The notes under the pieces are model-generated. The model was not told the DNA's origin, searched no databases, and was given only the letters and a program-made list of their open reading frames with translations. DNA of 27,399 bases from Dehalococcoidales bacterium. Lineage in GTDB: Bacteria > Chloroflexota > Dehalococcoidia > Dehalococcoidales > UBA1222. The stretch's first letter is position 1; the number at the start of each line of letters is the position of its first letter. A program made the position numbers and the translations under genes. The stretch covers positions 1 to 27,399 of the forward strand of contig JBEKPN010000001.1 in assembly GCA_049520695.1 (NCBI GenBank). The letters run 5' to 3'. Shown here piece by piece: positions 16,905 through 24,738 of this stretch.

Positions 16905-19610
16905 ATGAGTAAACCGGGTGAGTCAAAAACGGGGGCAGGAGGGCTGGTGAACCGCACACAGATAGCCCGCGCCATTTTCAATGCTGCCGCCTCCATGGGC
17001 ATTTCTGACCGTGACCTTATCGATAAGCTCACCAGCCAGGTCATCGGGCGTATGGAGCGTCCCGCCGTGCTGCCGGGCATGGAGGATTTCATCCCCAAAG
17101 GTGCCAAGCAGCCCCTGCCGCCGGCCTCTGATTCAGACATCCTGGCCATGGTGAAGGAATTTTTATCGGTTGAAAAACCCGTGGTGGCGGAACCGCTGTC
17201 CTATGCTCCGGTGCAGGAGCCGCCAGAACCCGTGATAGAACCAAAGGCCAAACCAGTCGAAATCAAACCCGCAGAAAGTAAAATTGTGTCAGAATCCAAA
17301 TCAGCGCCAGAATCAAAAATACATTCCAGGAAGGAGACTACCGCCATGCCCGCCAAGACCAAAACAGGCGCTGTCCCCGCGATACTTAGCGAGAACGCCC
17401 TGCGCGTGTTGGAAAAGCGCTACCTGAAAAAGGACAAGGGCGGCAAGGTGATAGAGACTCCCGATGATATGTTCCACCGTGTGGCGCAGACCATTGCCTC
17501 GGCGGAACTCAAATATAACCCCAAAGCCGATGTCAAAGCCTGGGAGGATAAATTCTACGATGTTATGACCTCGCTCGAATTCTTACCCAACTCGCCCACG
17601 CTGATGAACGCCGGGCGTGAGCTGGGGCAGCTTTCAGCCTGTTTCGTTTTGCCTATCGAAGACTCCATGGAATCCATCTTCGAGGCCGTCAAGAATACTG
17701 CCCTTATCCACAAGAGCGGCGGCGGCACCGGTTTCTCGTTTTCGCGCTTGCGCCCCGAGACCGATAGAGTCGGCTCGACCGGCGGCGTGGCCAGCGGCCC
17801 GGTGTCCTTCATGCGAGCCTTCGACGTGGCCACCGATGTCATCAAGCAGGGCGGAACCAGGCGAGGAGCCAATATGGCCATCCTCGACGTCACGCATCCG
17901 GACATCATGCACTTCATCACCTCCAAAGAGGATATGTGCTCGCTCACCAATTTCAATATCTCGGTGGCCGTTACCACCGATTTTATGCAGGCGGTCAAGG
18001 ACGGGGCTGACTTCAACCTCCTCAATCCACGCACCAAAGAAGTGGCGGGGAAGCTGAACGCCAGAGCCGTTTTCGACAAGATGGTGGAGCTGGCCTGGAA
18101 AACAGGCGATCCCGGCGTGGTCTTCATCGACCGTATCAACCAGGACAATCCGACACCACAACTCGGGCGCATAGAGAGCACCAACCCCTGCGGCGAGCAG
18201 CCGTTGCTGCCCTACGAGTCGTGCAACCTGGGTTCCATCAACCTGGCGCGCATGCTCAAGCGTAACGGCAAGGTGGAGATAGATTATAAAAAACTGGAAG
18301 AGACGGTCAAAATGGCCGTGCGCTTCCTCGACAACGTCATCGACGTCAACCGCTTCCCCCTGCCCGCTATAGATGAGATGACGCGCAAAACGCGCAAAAT
18401 CGGCCTGGGCGTGATGGGCTTCGCCGACATGCTCGTGCAGCTCGGCGTGCCTTACAACTCCGAAGAGGCACTCCGCATGGCCGAGGAGGTCATGGGAGTC
18501 ATCAACAACACGGCGCACAAGACTTCCGCAGAGCTGGGCGCGGAGCGCGGCGTGTTCCCGGCCTTCGCCGGCAGCGTCTACGACAAACCCGGTGCTCCCC
18601 GCATGCGCAACGCCTCCTGCACCACTATCGCGCCTACAGGCACGCTTTCCATTATCGCCAACTGCTCCGGCGGGGTGGAGCCGGTCTTTGCGCTCTCCTT
18701 CACGCGCAATATCCTTGACGGGGCCAAGTTCATCGAGGCCAATCCCTATTTCGAGGATGCCGCCAGGAGCGGTGGCTTTTACTCTGGAGAACTGATGCAG
18801 AAGCTGGCGGACGGGGCACACCTGAAAGATATCGAGGGCGTACCTGACGAGTACAAGCGTGTCTTCGTCACCGCGCATGACATCGAGGTGAAGTGGCACG
18901 TGCGCATGCAGGCTACCTTCCAGCACCATACGGACAACGCTGTATCCAAGACGGTCAACTTCCCCAAGGAAGCCACTGTAGCCGATGTGGGCAACGTTTA
19001 CATGATGGCCTATGAGGAACGGCTCAAGGGCATCACCATCTACCGCGACGGCAGCCGCGAGGGGCAGGTGCTCACCACCGGCAAGGACGCCAGTAAAGAA
19101 AAGAAGGAAGAGGCCCGGCCGGCGGTGCTGGCTCCCCGCCGCCGCTCCAAGGTCACCTCCGGCTTTACCGAGCGCGTCACTACCGGCTGCGGCTACATCT
19201 ACGTTACCGTCAACTCCGACGAGCACGGCATCTGCGAGGTATTCTCTCACCTGGGTAAGACGGGCGGCTGCGCCGCGGCACAACTCGAATCCACCTGCCG
19301 CCTTATCTCGCTGGGGCTGCGCTCAGGCATTGATGTCGCCTCGCTGGTGAAGCAGCTAAAGGGCATTCGCTGCCCCTCCATCGCCTGGGAGAACGGCAAG
19401 TCCATTCTCTCCTGCGCCGATGCCATCGCCGGGGTGCTGGAGCGCCACGCTGGGCTGGCTCACGGCAAGGAAGAGGACGCGCACGGAAAGGCTACACAGG
19501 ACCTGGGGCTGGTGAAGAATGTGGCCGGGCAGTGCCCGGAGTGCACCAGCCTGCTGGCTTACCAGGAGGGCTGCCTGGTGTGCCCGAGCTGCGGATATAC
19601 GAAGTGCTAG
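16905..19610 (+). CDS. nrdJ: Class II (adenosylcobalamin-dependent) ribonucleotide reductase with N-terminal extension and C-terminal TSCPD/Zn-ribbon region
   Basis: FLPNSPTLMNAG, QLSACFV, KQGGTRRGANM, TNPCGEQ, SCNLGS, TIAPTGT, DNAVSKTVN, C-terminal CPEC…CPSCG. Confidence 0.95.
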   Translation: MSKPGESKTGAGGLVNRTQIARAIFNAAASMGISDRDLIDKLTSQVIGRMERPAVLPGMEDFIPKGAKQPLPPASDSDILAMVKEFLSVEKPVVAEPLSYAPVQEPPEPVIEPKAKPVEIKPAESKIVSESKSAPESKIHSRKETTAMPAKTKTGAVPAILSENALRVLEKRYLKKDKGGKVIETPDDMFHRVAQTIASAELKYNPKADVKAWEDKFYDVMTSLEFLPNSPTLMNAGRELGQLSACFVLPIEDSMESIFEAVKNTALIHKSGGGTGFSFSRLRPETDRVGSTGGVASGPVSFMRAFDVATDVIKQGGTRRGANMAILDVTHPDIMHFITSKEDMCSLTNFNISVAVTTDFMQAVKDGADFNLLNPRTKEVAGKLNARAVFDKMVELAWKTGDPGVVFIDRINQDNPTPQLGRIESTNPCGEQPLLPYESCNLGSINLARMLKRNGKVEIDYKKLEETVKMAVRFLDNVIDVNRFPLPAIDEMTRKTRKIGLGVMGFADMLVQLGVPYNSEEALRMAEEVMGVINNTAHKTSAELGAERGVFPAFAGSVYDKPGAPRMRNASCTTIAPTGTLSIIANCSGGVEPVFALSFTRNILDGAKFIEANPYFEDAARSGGFYSGELMQKLADGAHLKDIEGVPDEYKRVFVTAHDIEVKWHVRMQATFQHHTDNAVSKTVNFPKEATVADVGNVYMMAYEERLKGITIYRDGSREGQVLTTGKDASKEKKEEARPAVLAPRRRSKVTSGFTERVTTGCGYIYVTVNSDEHGICEVFSHLGKTGGCAAAQLESTCRLISLGLRSGIDVASLVKQLKGIRCPSIAWENGKSILSCADAIAGVLERHAGLAHGKEEDAHGKATQDLGLVKNVAGQCPECTSLLAYQEGCLVCPSCGYTKC

Positions 19611-19633
19611 TATAGAGGGGGTGGAGGCAAAGA

Positions 19634-20602
19634 ATGCCTATTGAATCTGATTGGAAGAATAAAGTCTTATGGCTGATTGTTGGGGCCATCATTGCGTCAG
19701 GGGTTTATTTTGGTTTTAGCCTGATACAAACAGCGATTCAAGCAAGAGACCCCAAGCTCACCTATTATTTGAATAATGGAGCCATTTTTGCTGGTACAGG
19801 CAAGTACTATGCGATTTATGATGTATATGTCTCAAATGTAGGAAAAGCTAAAGTCGATAATGTGGCGGGCGCCATCACTACAACGGGGTTAACAATCTCT
19901 GATATACAATTCAGTAGTAGTGTTGAAATTCCGTATACATCTCAAACTCAAGGTGATAAGCTCGAATTTCAGATTGCTGAACTCAACCCTAAAGAGATGA
20001 TGAAAGTATCAGTCTTCTCTGTAGGGGATAGCATTCCGCCTGGCAAACCCATTGTTTCACTTAGGGGTTCTGGGGTGACAGCCATAGAATCAACAAGTTT
20101 TCCTGGCGGTGCCCAAAATACTGTGCTCCCAAATGTACTGGCCGCTGTTGCATCGACTTCTATTGGATTTGTCGCTTTTATCAATATGTATAAGCGGAAT
20201 TCAACGATGATGATATTCGGTAAGCACGCTGATAACCAAAATACAATCATGGCTTATCTATGCGGAGTGCATGGCCTGATAAGAGACGTTGAAAATTACG
20301 TGCGGAATAGTAGTGGTTGCCTATACTGGGTGGAAGCAGACCGATTCGCTTCAATTGTAGAAAATGATGCGACTTCGGGTGATATAGATAAAATCAAAGG
20401 TGTGCTGCTTGATTTACCAAAATATGCGAACATGAATCAAGCCTCTTCTGGGATTGTTGAATTTGACCTAGCCCGTATAGAGTTTGCCCAAGGCCACCAA
20501 GACAAAGCGAAAGAACATCTTGCGAATGCAAAGAAACAAGCGAAAGCCATTGTAAATCATAGATTGAAATTTCACGGCGGACTAGCTGCTTTGAGTGGTT
20601 AA
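19634..20602 (+). CDS. AT-rich hypothetical membrane protein (TM, beta-rich domain, TM, helical TPR-like C-terminus)
   Basis: 322 aa ORF with GGAGG upstream; hydrophobic segments near residues 10-30 and 165-185; codon usage unlike nrdJ. Confidence 0.75.
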   Translation: MPIESDWKNKVLWLIVGAIIASGVYFGFSLIQTAIQARDPKLTYYLNNGAIFAGTGKYYAIYDVYVSNVGKAKVDNVAGAITTTGLTISDIQFSSSVEIPYTSQTQGDKLEFQIAELNPKEMMKVSVFSVGDSIPPGKPIVSLRGSGVTAIESTSFPGGAQNTVLPNVLAAVASTSIGFVAFINMYKRNSTMMIFGKHADNQNTIMAYLCGVHGLIRDVENYVRNSSGCLYWVEADRFASIVENDATSGDIDKIKGVLLDLPKYANMNQASSGIVEFDLARIEFAQGHQDKAKEHLANAKKQAKAIVNHRLKFHGGLAALSG

Positions 20603-20643
20603 GAGAACCACTACGAAGTACAAGTTTGAAAGGAGGTGACAAC

Positions 20644-21369
20644 ATAGACAGACAGGAAAGGGTCATGATATTCATAGACGGCTCGAACATGTACCACTCG
20701 CTCAAGGCCTATTTCAAACGCACGGACATAGACCTCGGTTGCTTCAGCAACAAGATACTCGACAAGCGCCGCCTGGTGCGTATGTATTATTACAATGCCG
20801 TCGTGGGCAAGGTGGAAGAACCTGAGCGTTTCAAGGACCAGGAGAAGTTTTTTAAGAGCGTGGCCGCCATACCCTATACCGAACTGCGCCTGGGGCGGCT
20901 GGTCTATACCAACCAGTGGCCTAACAGCCCACCCTTTGAAAAAGGCGTGGATGTGCAGCTTGCCACCGACATGATAACGCATGCCTTCAAGAACAACTAT
21001 GACGTTGCCATACTCGTGGCTGGAGACAACGATTTCGTGGGCGCCCTCCAGGCGGTGAAGGACAACGGCAAACACGTTGAGGTAGCCCTTTTCGGACTGG
21101 AACGCACCTCGCGCCAGCTCAGAGAGGTGGCTGACCGCGTCATCGCACTCGACGGACGCCTTCTGCGCGGCTGCTGGAAAGGTCCTCCGACCCTCCGCCC
21201 GAATGTTCCCCGCCCTGCGAACCGCGGCGGGATTCGTAACGAACGCCGCATCGAGAACCACGACGAACAGCTTACCGAATCTGATAACGAAGTTTTGAAC
21301 GATACTCGCGCTGAGCCCGGCGGTGATACCCGTAACGATTTCTGGAACAATTCCAGATTTGAAGCGTAG
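20644..21369 (+). CDS. NYN domain (LabA/DUF88, PIN-like) protein; start probably ATA 20644, alternatively ATG 20665
   Basis: IFIDGSN, EKGVDVQLATDM, LVAGDNDF acidic motifs; SD AGGAGGTG at 20631-20638. Confidence 0.9.
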   Translation: MDRQERVMIFIDGSNMYHSLKAYFKRTDIDLGCFSNKILDKRRLVRMYYYNAVVGKVEEPERFKDQEKFFKSVAAIPYTELRLGRLVYTNQWPNSPPFEKGVDVQLATDMITHAFKNNYDVAILVAGDNDFVGALQAVKDNGKHVEVALFGLERTSRQLREVADRVIALDGRLLRGCWKGPPTLRPNVPRPANRGGIRNERRIENHDEQLTESDNEVLNDTRAEPGGDTRNDFWNNSRFEA

Positions 21370-21390
21370 TCGGCATAGGTTGCTTAGGCA

Positions 21391-21425
21391 GTGAGCCCCT
21401 TTCGTAAGATAGGGGCTCATTTTAT
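21391..21425 (+). terminator. Intrinsic terminator after the NYN gene
   Basis: TGAGCCCCT-N10-AGGGGCTCA stem followed by TTTT. Confidence 0.8.
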
Positions 21426-21478
21426 TGTGTCGGTGCGGTTTGTATAAAACATAACCGAGGGATAATCTCATCAACTTT

Positions 21479-21515
21479 CACCCTCACTCTTATTTCTCCC
21501 ATCAAGGGAGAGAAG
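21479..21515. repeat. Single degenerate REP-like unit (CACCCTCAC…TCTCCC-N5-GGGAGAG)
   Basis: 6-bp hairpin preceded by CCCTCAC, resembling the widespread CCCTCACCC…CTCTCCC…GGGAGAG extragenic palindrome type; only one copy here. Confidence 0.4.
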
Positions 21516-21555
21516 AAAAGTTTGATTGTGTCAGCGCCTGTCTTGCTGTAATATC

Positions 21556-23124
21556 ATGGCAATGGCAGGAAAGAAAGAACGGCCCGCCCCATCGCAGAGC
21601 CGCGCCGACTATTTCAGCGGCGGTAAACTGGCTGGCGAAGAGGGCACCATCATTAAGGACTGGGGCGGGCGTTACCCGTTCGCTCTCATTTACCCCAACA
21701 GCTACTTCGTTGGCATGTCCAACCTGGGCGTGCAGGCCATTTACAGGCTGCTCAACAACCGCAGCGACGCCGTCTGTGAACGTGTTTTCTGGGAGGGCGA
21801 TGGCAAGCCCTTTTTGAGTCTGGAATCCTCGCGCCCCATGATGGATTACGCCTGCCTGGCTTTTTCCTTCTCTTATGAACTGGACTACCTCAACCTGCCG
21901 CCTGTCATGCGGGCGGCGGGTATTCCTCTATACGCGCGGGAACGTGACGAGCGTCATCCTTTGCTCATTGCCGGGGGCCCGTGCATCACCACCAACCCCA
22001 TGCCCGTGTCTCCCTTTTTCGACGCGCTGTGCATCGGCGAAGCCGAGGTGATACTACCCTCTATGCTGCCGATACTGGTCGAGGATAGCTCCCGCGAGGA
22101 GAAGCTCAAGCGGCTCTCAGGCTTGCCGGGAGTGTATGTTCCTGCCTGCCATGACGGCCACAGGGTCAGGCGCCAATGGCTGGCCAACCTGGATGAGTTT
22201 CCCGTCCATTCCACGGTCCTGACGCGCGATACCGAACTGGGCGACCTGTATCTTATCGAGGTGGAGCGCGGGTGCAGCGCTGCCTGTAGTTTTTGCCTGG
22301 TTAGCCGCGCTTTCTGCCCGCTGCGTTTCCATTCGCTGGAGTCGCTGCTCGAACAGGTGCGTGAAGGCCTACGATACCGGAAGCGCATCGGGCTGGTGGG
22401 GCCGGTGGTAACCGACCACCCGCAGATAGAAAGGCTTCTTTCAGGTATCATGGACATGGGAGTTGGCTTCTCTCTCAGTTCTTTGCGTTTGAAGGCTCTC
22501 TCCGCAAAAGTGCTGGAACTGATGGTGCGGGGCGGGGCGCACAGCCTGGCGCTGGCTCCGGAAGCCGGCTCGGAACGCCTGCGCAGAACCATCCGCAAGG
22601 GTTTTGCAGAAGAGGACATAATGCAGGCTGTGGAAAAGGTGGCGCAGCAGCCGTTCAAGCAGCTCAAGCTCTATTTTATGCTGGGCTTGCCGACCGAGAC
22701 TGAGAGCGACGTTGAGGAAATCATTACGCTTGCTTTGAAATGCCAGGCCTTGCTCGATAAAGGCCAAAGAGGCTGTCGTTTGAACTTGAACGTCGCTCCG
22801 TTCGTGCCCAAGGCCGGGACGACTTTTCAGCGGCTGGGTATGGCTGATACAGCCACTCTCGAAACGAGGATAGCACGGCTGAGGGACACTTTGAGCGGTG
22901 AAGGTATCGAGGTGAAGGCCGAAAGCCCGGAGTGGAGCCATGTCCAGGCGGCACTTTCGCGCGGGGATGCGAGCATGGCTGCCGTACTCGCGGGCATGGA
23001 TAAAGTGTCGCTCGCGGCCTGGCGCAGAATGGTTAAAAAGGCGGGAGTCAATCTCAACCATTTCGTGCTGGAGAACTGGGGCAGGAACGAAAAGCTGCCC
23101 TGGGAAATGATAAATCTGGGATGA
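21556..23124 (+). CDS. Radical SAM protein with N-terminal B12-binding-like domain (TIGR03960-like)
   Basis: YPNSYFVGMSNLG, GGPC…NP, RGCSAACSFC (CxxxCxxC), APEAGSERLR, LYFMLGLPTE; start 21556 or 21562. Confidence 0.88.
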   Translation: MAMAGKKERPAPSQSRADYFSGGKLAGEEGTIIKDWGGRYPFALIYPNSYFVGMSNLGVQAIYRLLNNRSDAVCERVFWEGDGKPFLSLESSRPMMDYACLAFSFSYELDYLNLPPVMRAAGIPLYARERDERHPLLIAGGPCITTNPMPVSPFFDALCIGEAEVILPSMLPILVEDSSREEKLKRLSGLPGVYVPACHDGHRVRRQWLANLDEFPVHSTVLTRDTELGDLYLIEVERGCSAACSFCLVSRAFCPLRFHSLESLLEQVREGLRYRKRIGLVGPVVTDHPQIERLLSGIMDMGVGFSLSSLRLKALSAKVLELMVRGGAHSLALAPEAGSERLRRTIRKGFAEEDIMQAVEKVAQQPFKQLKLYFMLGLPTETESDVEEIITLALKCQALLDKGQRGCRLNLNVAPFVPKAGTTFQRLGMADTATLETRIARLRDTLSGEGIEVKAESPEWSHVQAALSRGDASMAAVLAGMDKVSLAAWRRMVKKAGVNLNHFVLENWGRNEKLPWEMINLG

Positions 23125-23140
23125 GCCAGATTAGATAATA

Positions 23141-23170
23141 AAAAAGGAGAGGTTTTGGTCTCTCCTTTTG
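23141..23170. terminator. Bidirectional intrinsic terminator between convergent radical SAM and yqeY genes
   Basis: AAAAGGAGAG-N8-CTCTCCTTTT. Confidence 0.8.
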
Positions 23171-23189
23171 ATTTTAATGATAAGTGTGA

Positions 23190-23642
23190 TTATCCGCCGA
23201 GCAACTCGTTGACCACGGCGTTGACTTCCTGCCCGTCAGCTTTGCCTTTGACCATCGGCATCAGTTTGGGCATGACCTTGTTCTTGTCGCGCGGGCCCTG
23301 CGCGCCCACCTCGGCGATAATTTTACGCGCCAGGCTGACAATCTCGTCCCGGCTCATCTGCTCGGGCATATAGGCCTTGAGGATGGCCATCTCGGCCTCT
23401 TCCTTGGCGGCCAGCTCGGGGCGGTTGGCCTGTTTGTAAGCCTCGATGCTTTCCTTGCGCTGCTTTATCTCTCTGGCGATAACGCCCAGTATGTCGCTGT
23501 CTGTGAGCGTGGCCTGTTTGGCGATCTCGCTATAGTTCATGGCGGAAAGCAGCATGCGGATGACGGAGCAGCGCAGGCTGTCGCCACTCCTGAGCGCCTG
23601 CCTCAGGTCATCATTGAGCCTGGTTTTGAGGGAGCTTTCCAT
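23190..23642 (-). CDS. yqeY: GatB/YqeY domain protein
   Basis: LKTRLNDDL…IKQRKESIEAY…EKE-like segment…YMPEQMS…GKADG; canonical position downstream of rpsU. Confidence 0.93.
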   Translation of the reverse strand: MESSLKTRLNDDLRQALRSGDSLRCSVIRMLLSAMNYSEIAKQATLTDSDILGVIAREIKQRKESIEAYKQANRPELAAKEEAEMAILKAYMPEQMSRDEIVSLARKIIAEVGAQGPRDKNKVMPKLMPMVKGKADGQEVNAVVNELLGG

Positions 23643-23649
23643 TACAGAC

Positions 23650-23859
23650 CTATTTGCCTGTTCTGGCGCCGGCGCGGGCGGCTTTGGTTGCCTGGCGGCG
23701 GGCGGCCACCTGCTTGCGGGTGCGCCGTGTCAGGGGTTTCTGGAAGCGCGCGCGGCGGCGGGCTTCGGAGAGAACGCCGTCCTGCGTCACCTTGCGGTTG
23801 AAACGCCTCAACAGGCTGTCAACGCTCTCATTTTCGTTGGAGAAGACGATGTTGGACAA
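23650..23859 (-). CDS. rpsU: 30S ribosomal protein S21
   Basis: ENESVDSLLRRFNRKV…EARRRARFQKP; TTG start at 23859 after SD AAGGAGGT. Confidence 0.9.
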   Translation of the reverse strand: MSNIVFSNENESVDSLLRRFNRKVTQDGVLSEARRRARFQKPLTRRTRKQVAARRQATKAARAGARTGK

Positions 23860-23942
23860 GCTGTTATCAACCTCCTTAATACAAAACCCGAGTCTTGTTT
23901 CCGACCCGGGGTTGCCACGAACCACGTACAGAAAACGCAGCT

Positions 23943-23971
23943 ATTTTAGTCTAGAAATACGGCAGTGTCAA
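23943..23971 (-). promoter_or_regulatory. Consensus sigma70 promoter for rpsU-yqeY (TTGACA-N17-TAAAAT)
   Basis: -35 at 23966-23971, -10 at 23943-23948. Confidence 0.8.
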
Positions 23972-24026
23972 TAGGCACAGTTATTGATTATCCCCTCTTT
24001 TGCTGCCATAATTATATATAGAAGAT

Positions 24027-24287
24027 ATGACAGTCCCTGAGGTTTTTGTGCTGCAGGCCTGGGAGAAAGCCGGAGGCCAGTGCGAGTGCCGCCGTTTCTC
24101 TCACAGCCATACCTATGTGCGCTGCACGCGCAGGCTGGTCTATGCCAACCGCGGGGCCCGCTCTCAAGGCGGATGGGCGCCGCGTTTCCGCACCAGCCCT
24201 ACCACTGACACTCCACTATCCTGCGAGATATTGTGCCTGGAGTGCTACGACCAAGCGTGCGCCGACGAGTTCAAACATCAGACATAA
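24027..24287 (+). CDS. Small Cys-rich Zn-binding protein resembling a degenerate HNH nuclease
   Basis: 86 aa; AWEKAGGQCEC…H…RC…W…CEILCLEC; upstream TGcCATAAT at 24004-24012. Confidence 0.65.
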   Translation: MTVPEVFVLQAWEKAGGQCECRRFSHSHTYVRCTRRLVYANRGARSQGGWAPRFRTSPTTDTPLSCEILCLECYDQACADEFKHQT

Positions 24288-24394
24288 ACGGTTATCACCG
24301 CCGCGTCTTTGGCGCTATTTTCATGGACCGCGTCCTTTCGTGGTTCATGAGTATCACCTCAAAATCAATTCGTTATCGTCGCGTATTTCCCCTT

Positions 24395-24527
24395 GTCATT
24401 CTGAATCCGCCTCGGGTCCGCCTCCGGCGGGAAGAATCTGGCAGGATTCCGCCGCCTCTCCCGTGTTATTCGCGGGATTACGAGATTGCCACGCTCGTCT
24501 GCCTGAGGCGGACTCGCTCGCAATGAC
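24395..24527. repeat. REPIN-like palindromic element, variant 3 (133 bp)
   Basis: Same GTCATT…AATGAC termini; arms GTCATTCTGAA…GAAGAATCT and GAGATTGCCACGCT…CGCTCGCAATGAC. Confidence 0.75.
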
Positions 24528-24611
24528 AACCCATTATGTGCTCGAAAACGATACTAGTGCAAATGTTCTAATCAAAGCAAGTAACTTTTGTCGTGTTTTG
24601 GCGTTTTATAC

Positions 24612-24655
24612 TTGACAAAGGTCGAATTAAACAGCTACTCTTTTTAAAGAGTAGC
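24612..24655 (+). promoter_or_regulatory. Promoter (TTGACA-N18-TACTCT) overlapped by perfect 10-bp inverted repeat
   Basis: TTGACA 24612-24617; GCTACTCTTT-TT-AAAGAGTAGC 24634-24655; second TATAAT at 24708-24713. Confidence 0.55.
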
Positions 24656-24738
24656 AAAGTGAAAATTGGAGTTTTTACAGCTTTACTCTGGCTTTGCTGT
24701 TTGACTTTATAATATTAAGAAGAAAAGGGAGGTAATTA

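Noticed and set aside
15990-16905. Cobalamin riboswitch upstream of nrdJ
   Set aside because: No recognisable B12-box or core motifs; NrdR boxes explain the regulation
17634-19283. 549-aa ORF antisense to nrdJ
   Set aside because: Shadow frame produced by GC-rich third positions of the real gene; no motifs or SD
16905-19610. Intein or intron in nrdJ
   Set aside because: Catalytic motifs are normally spaced; no intein splice-junction or LAGLIDADG signature seen
20611-21474. 287-aa minus-strand ORF over the NYN gene
   Set aside because: Antisense to a gene with clear NYN motifs; starts inside its terminator region
24046-24615. 189-aa and 97-aa ORFs crossing the third REPIN
   Set aside because: Low-complexity translations of palindromic repeat DNA, overlapping the better-supported Cys-rich gene
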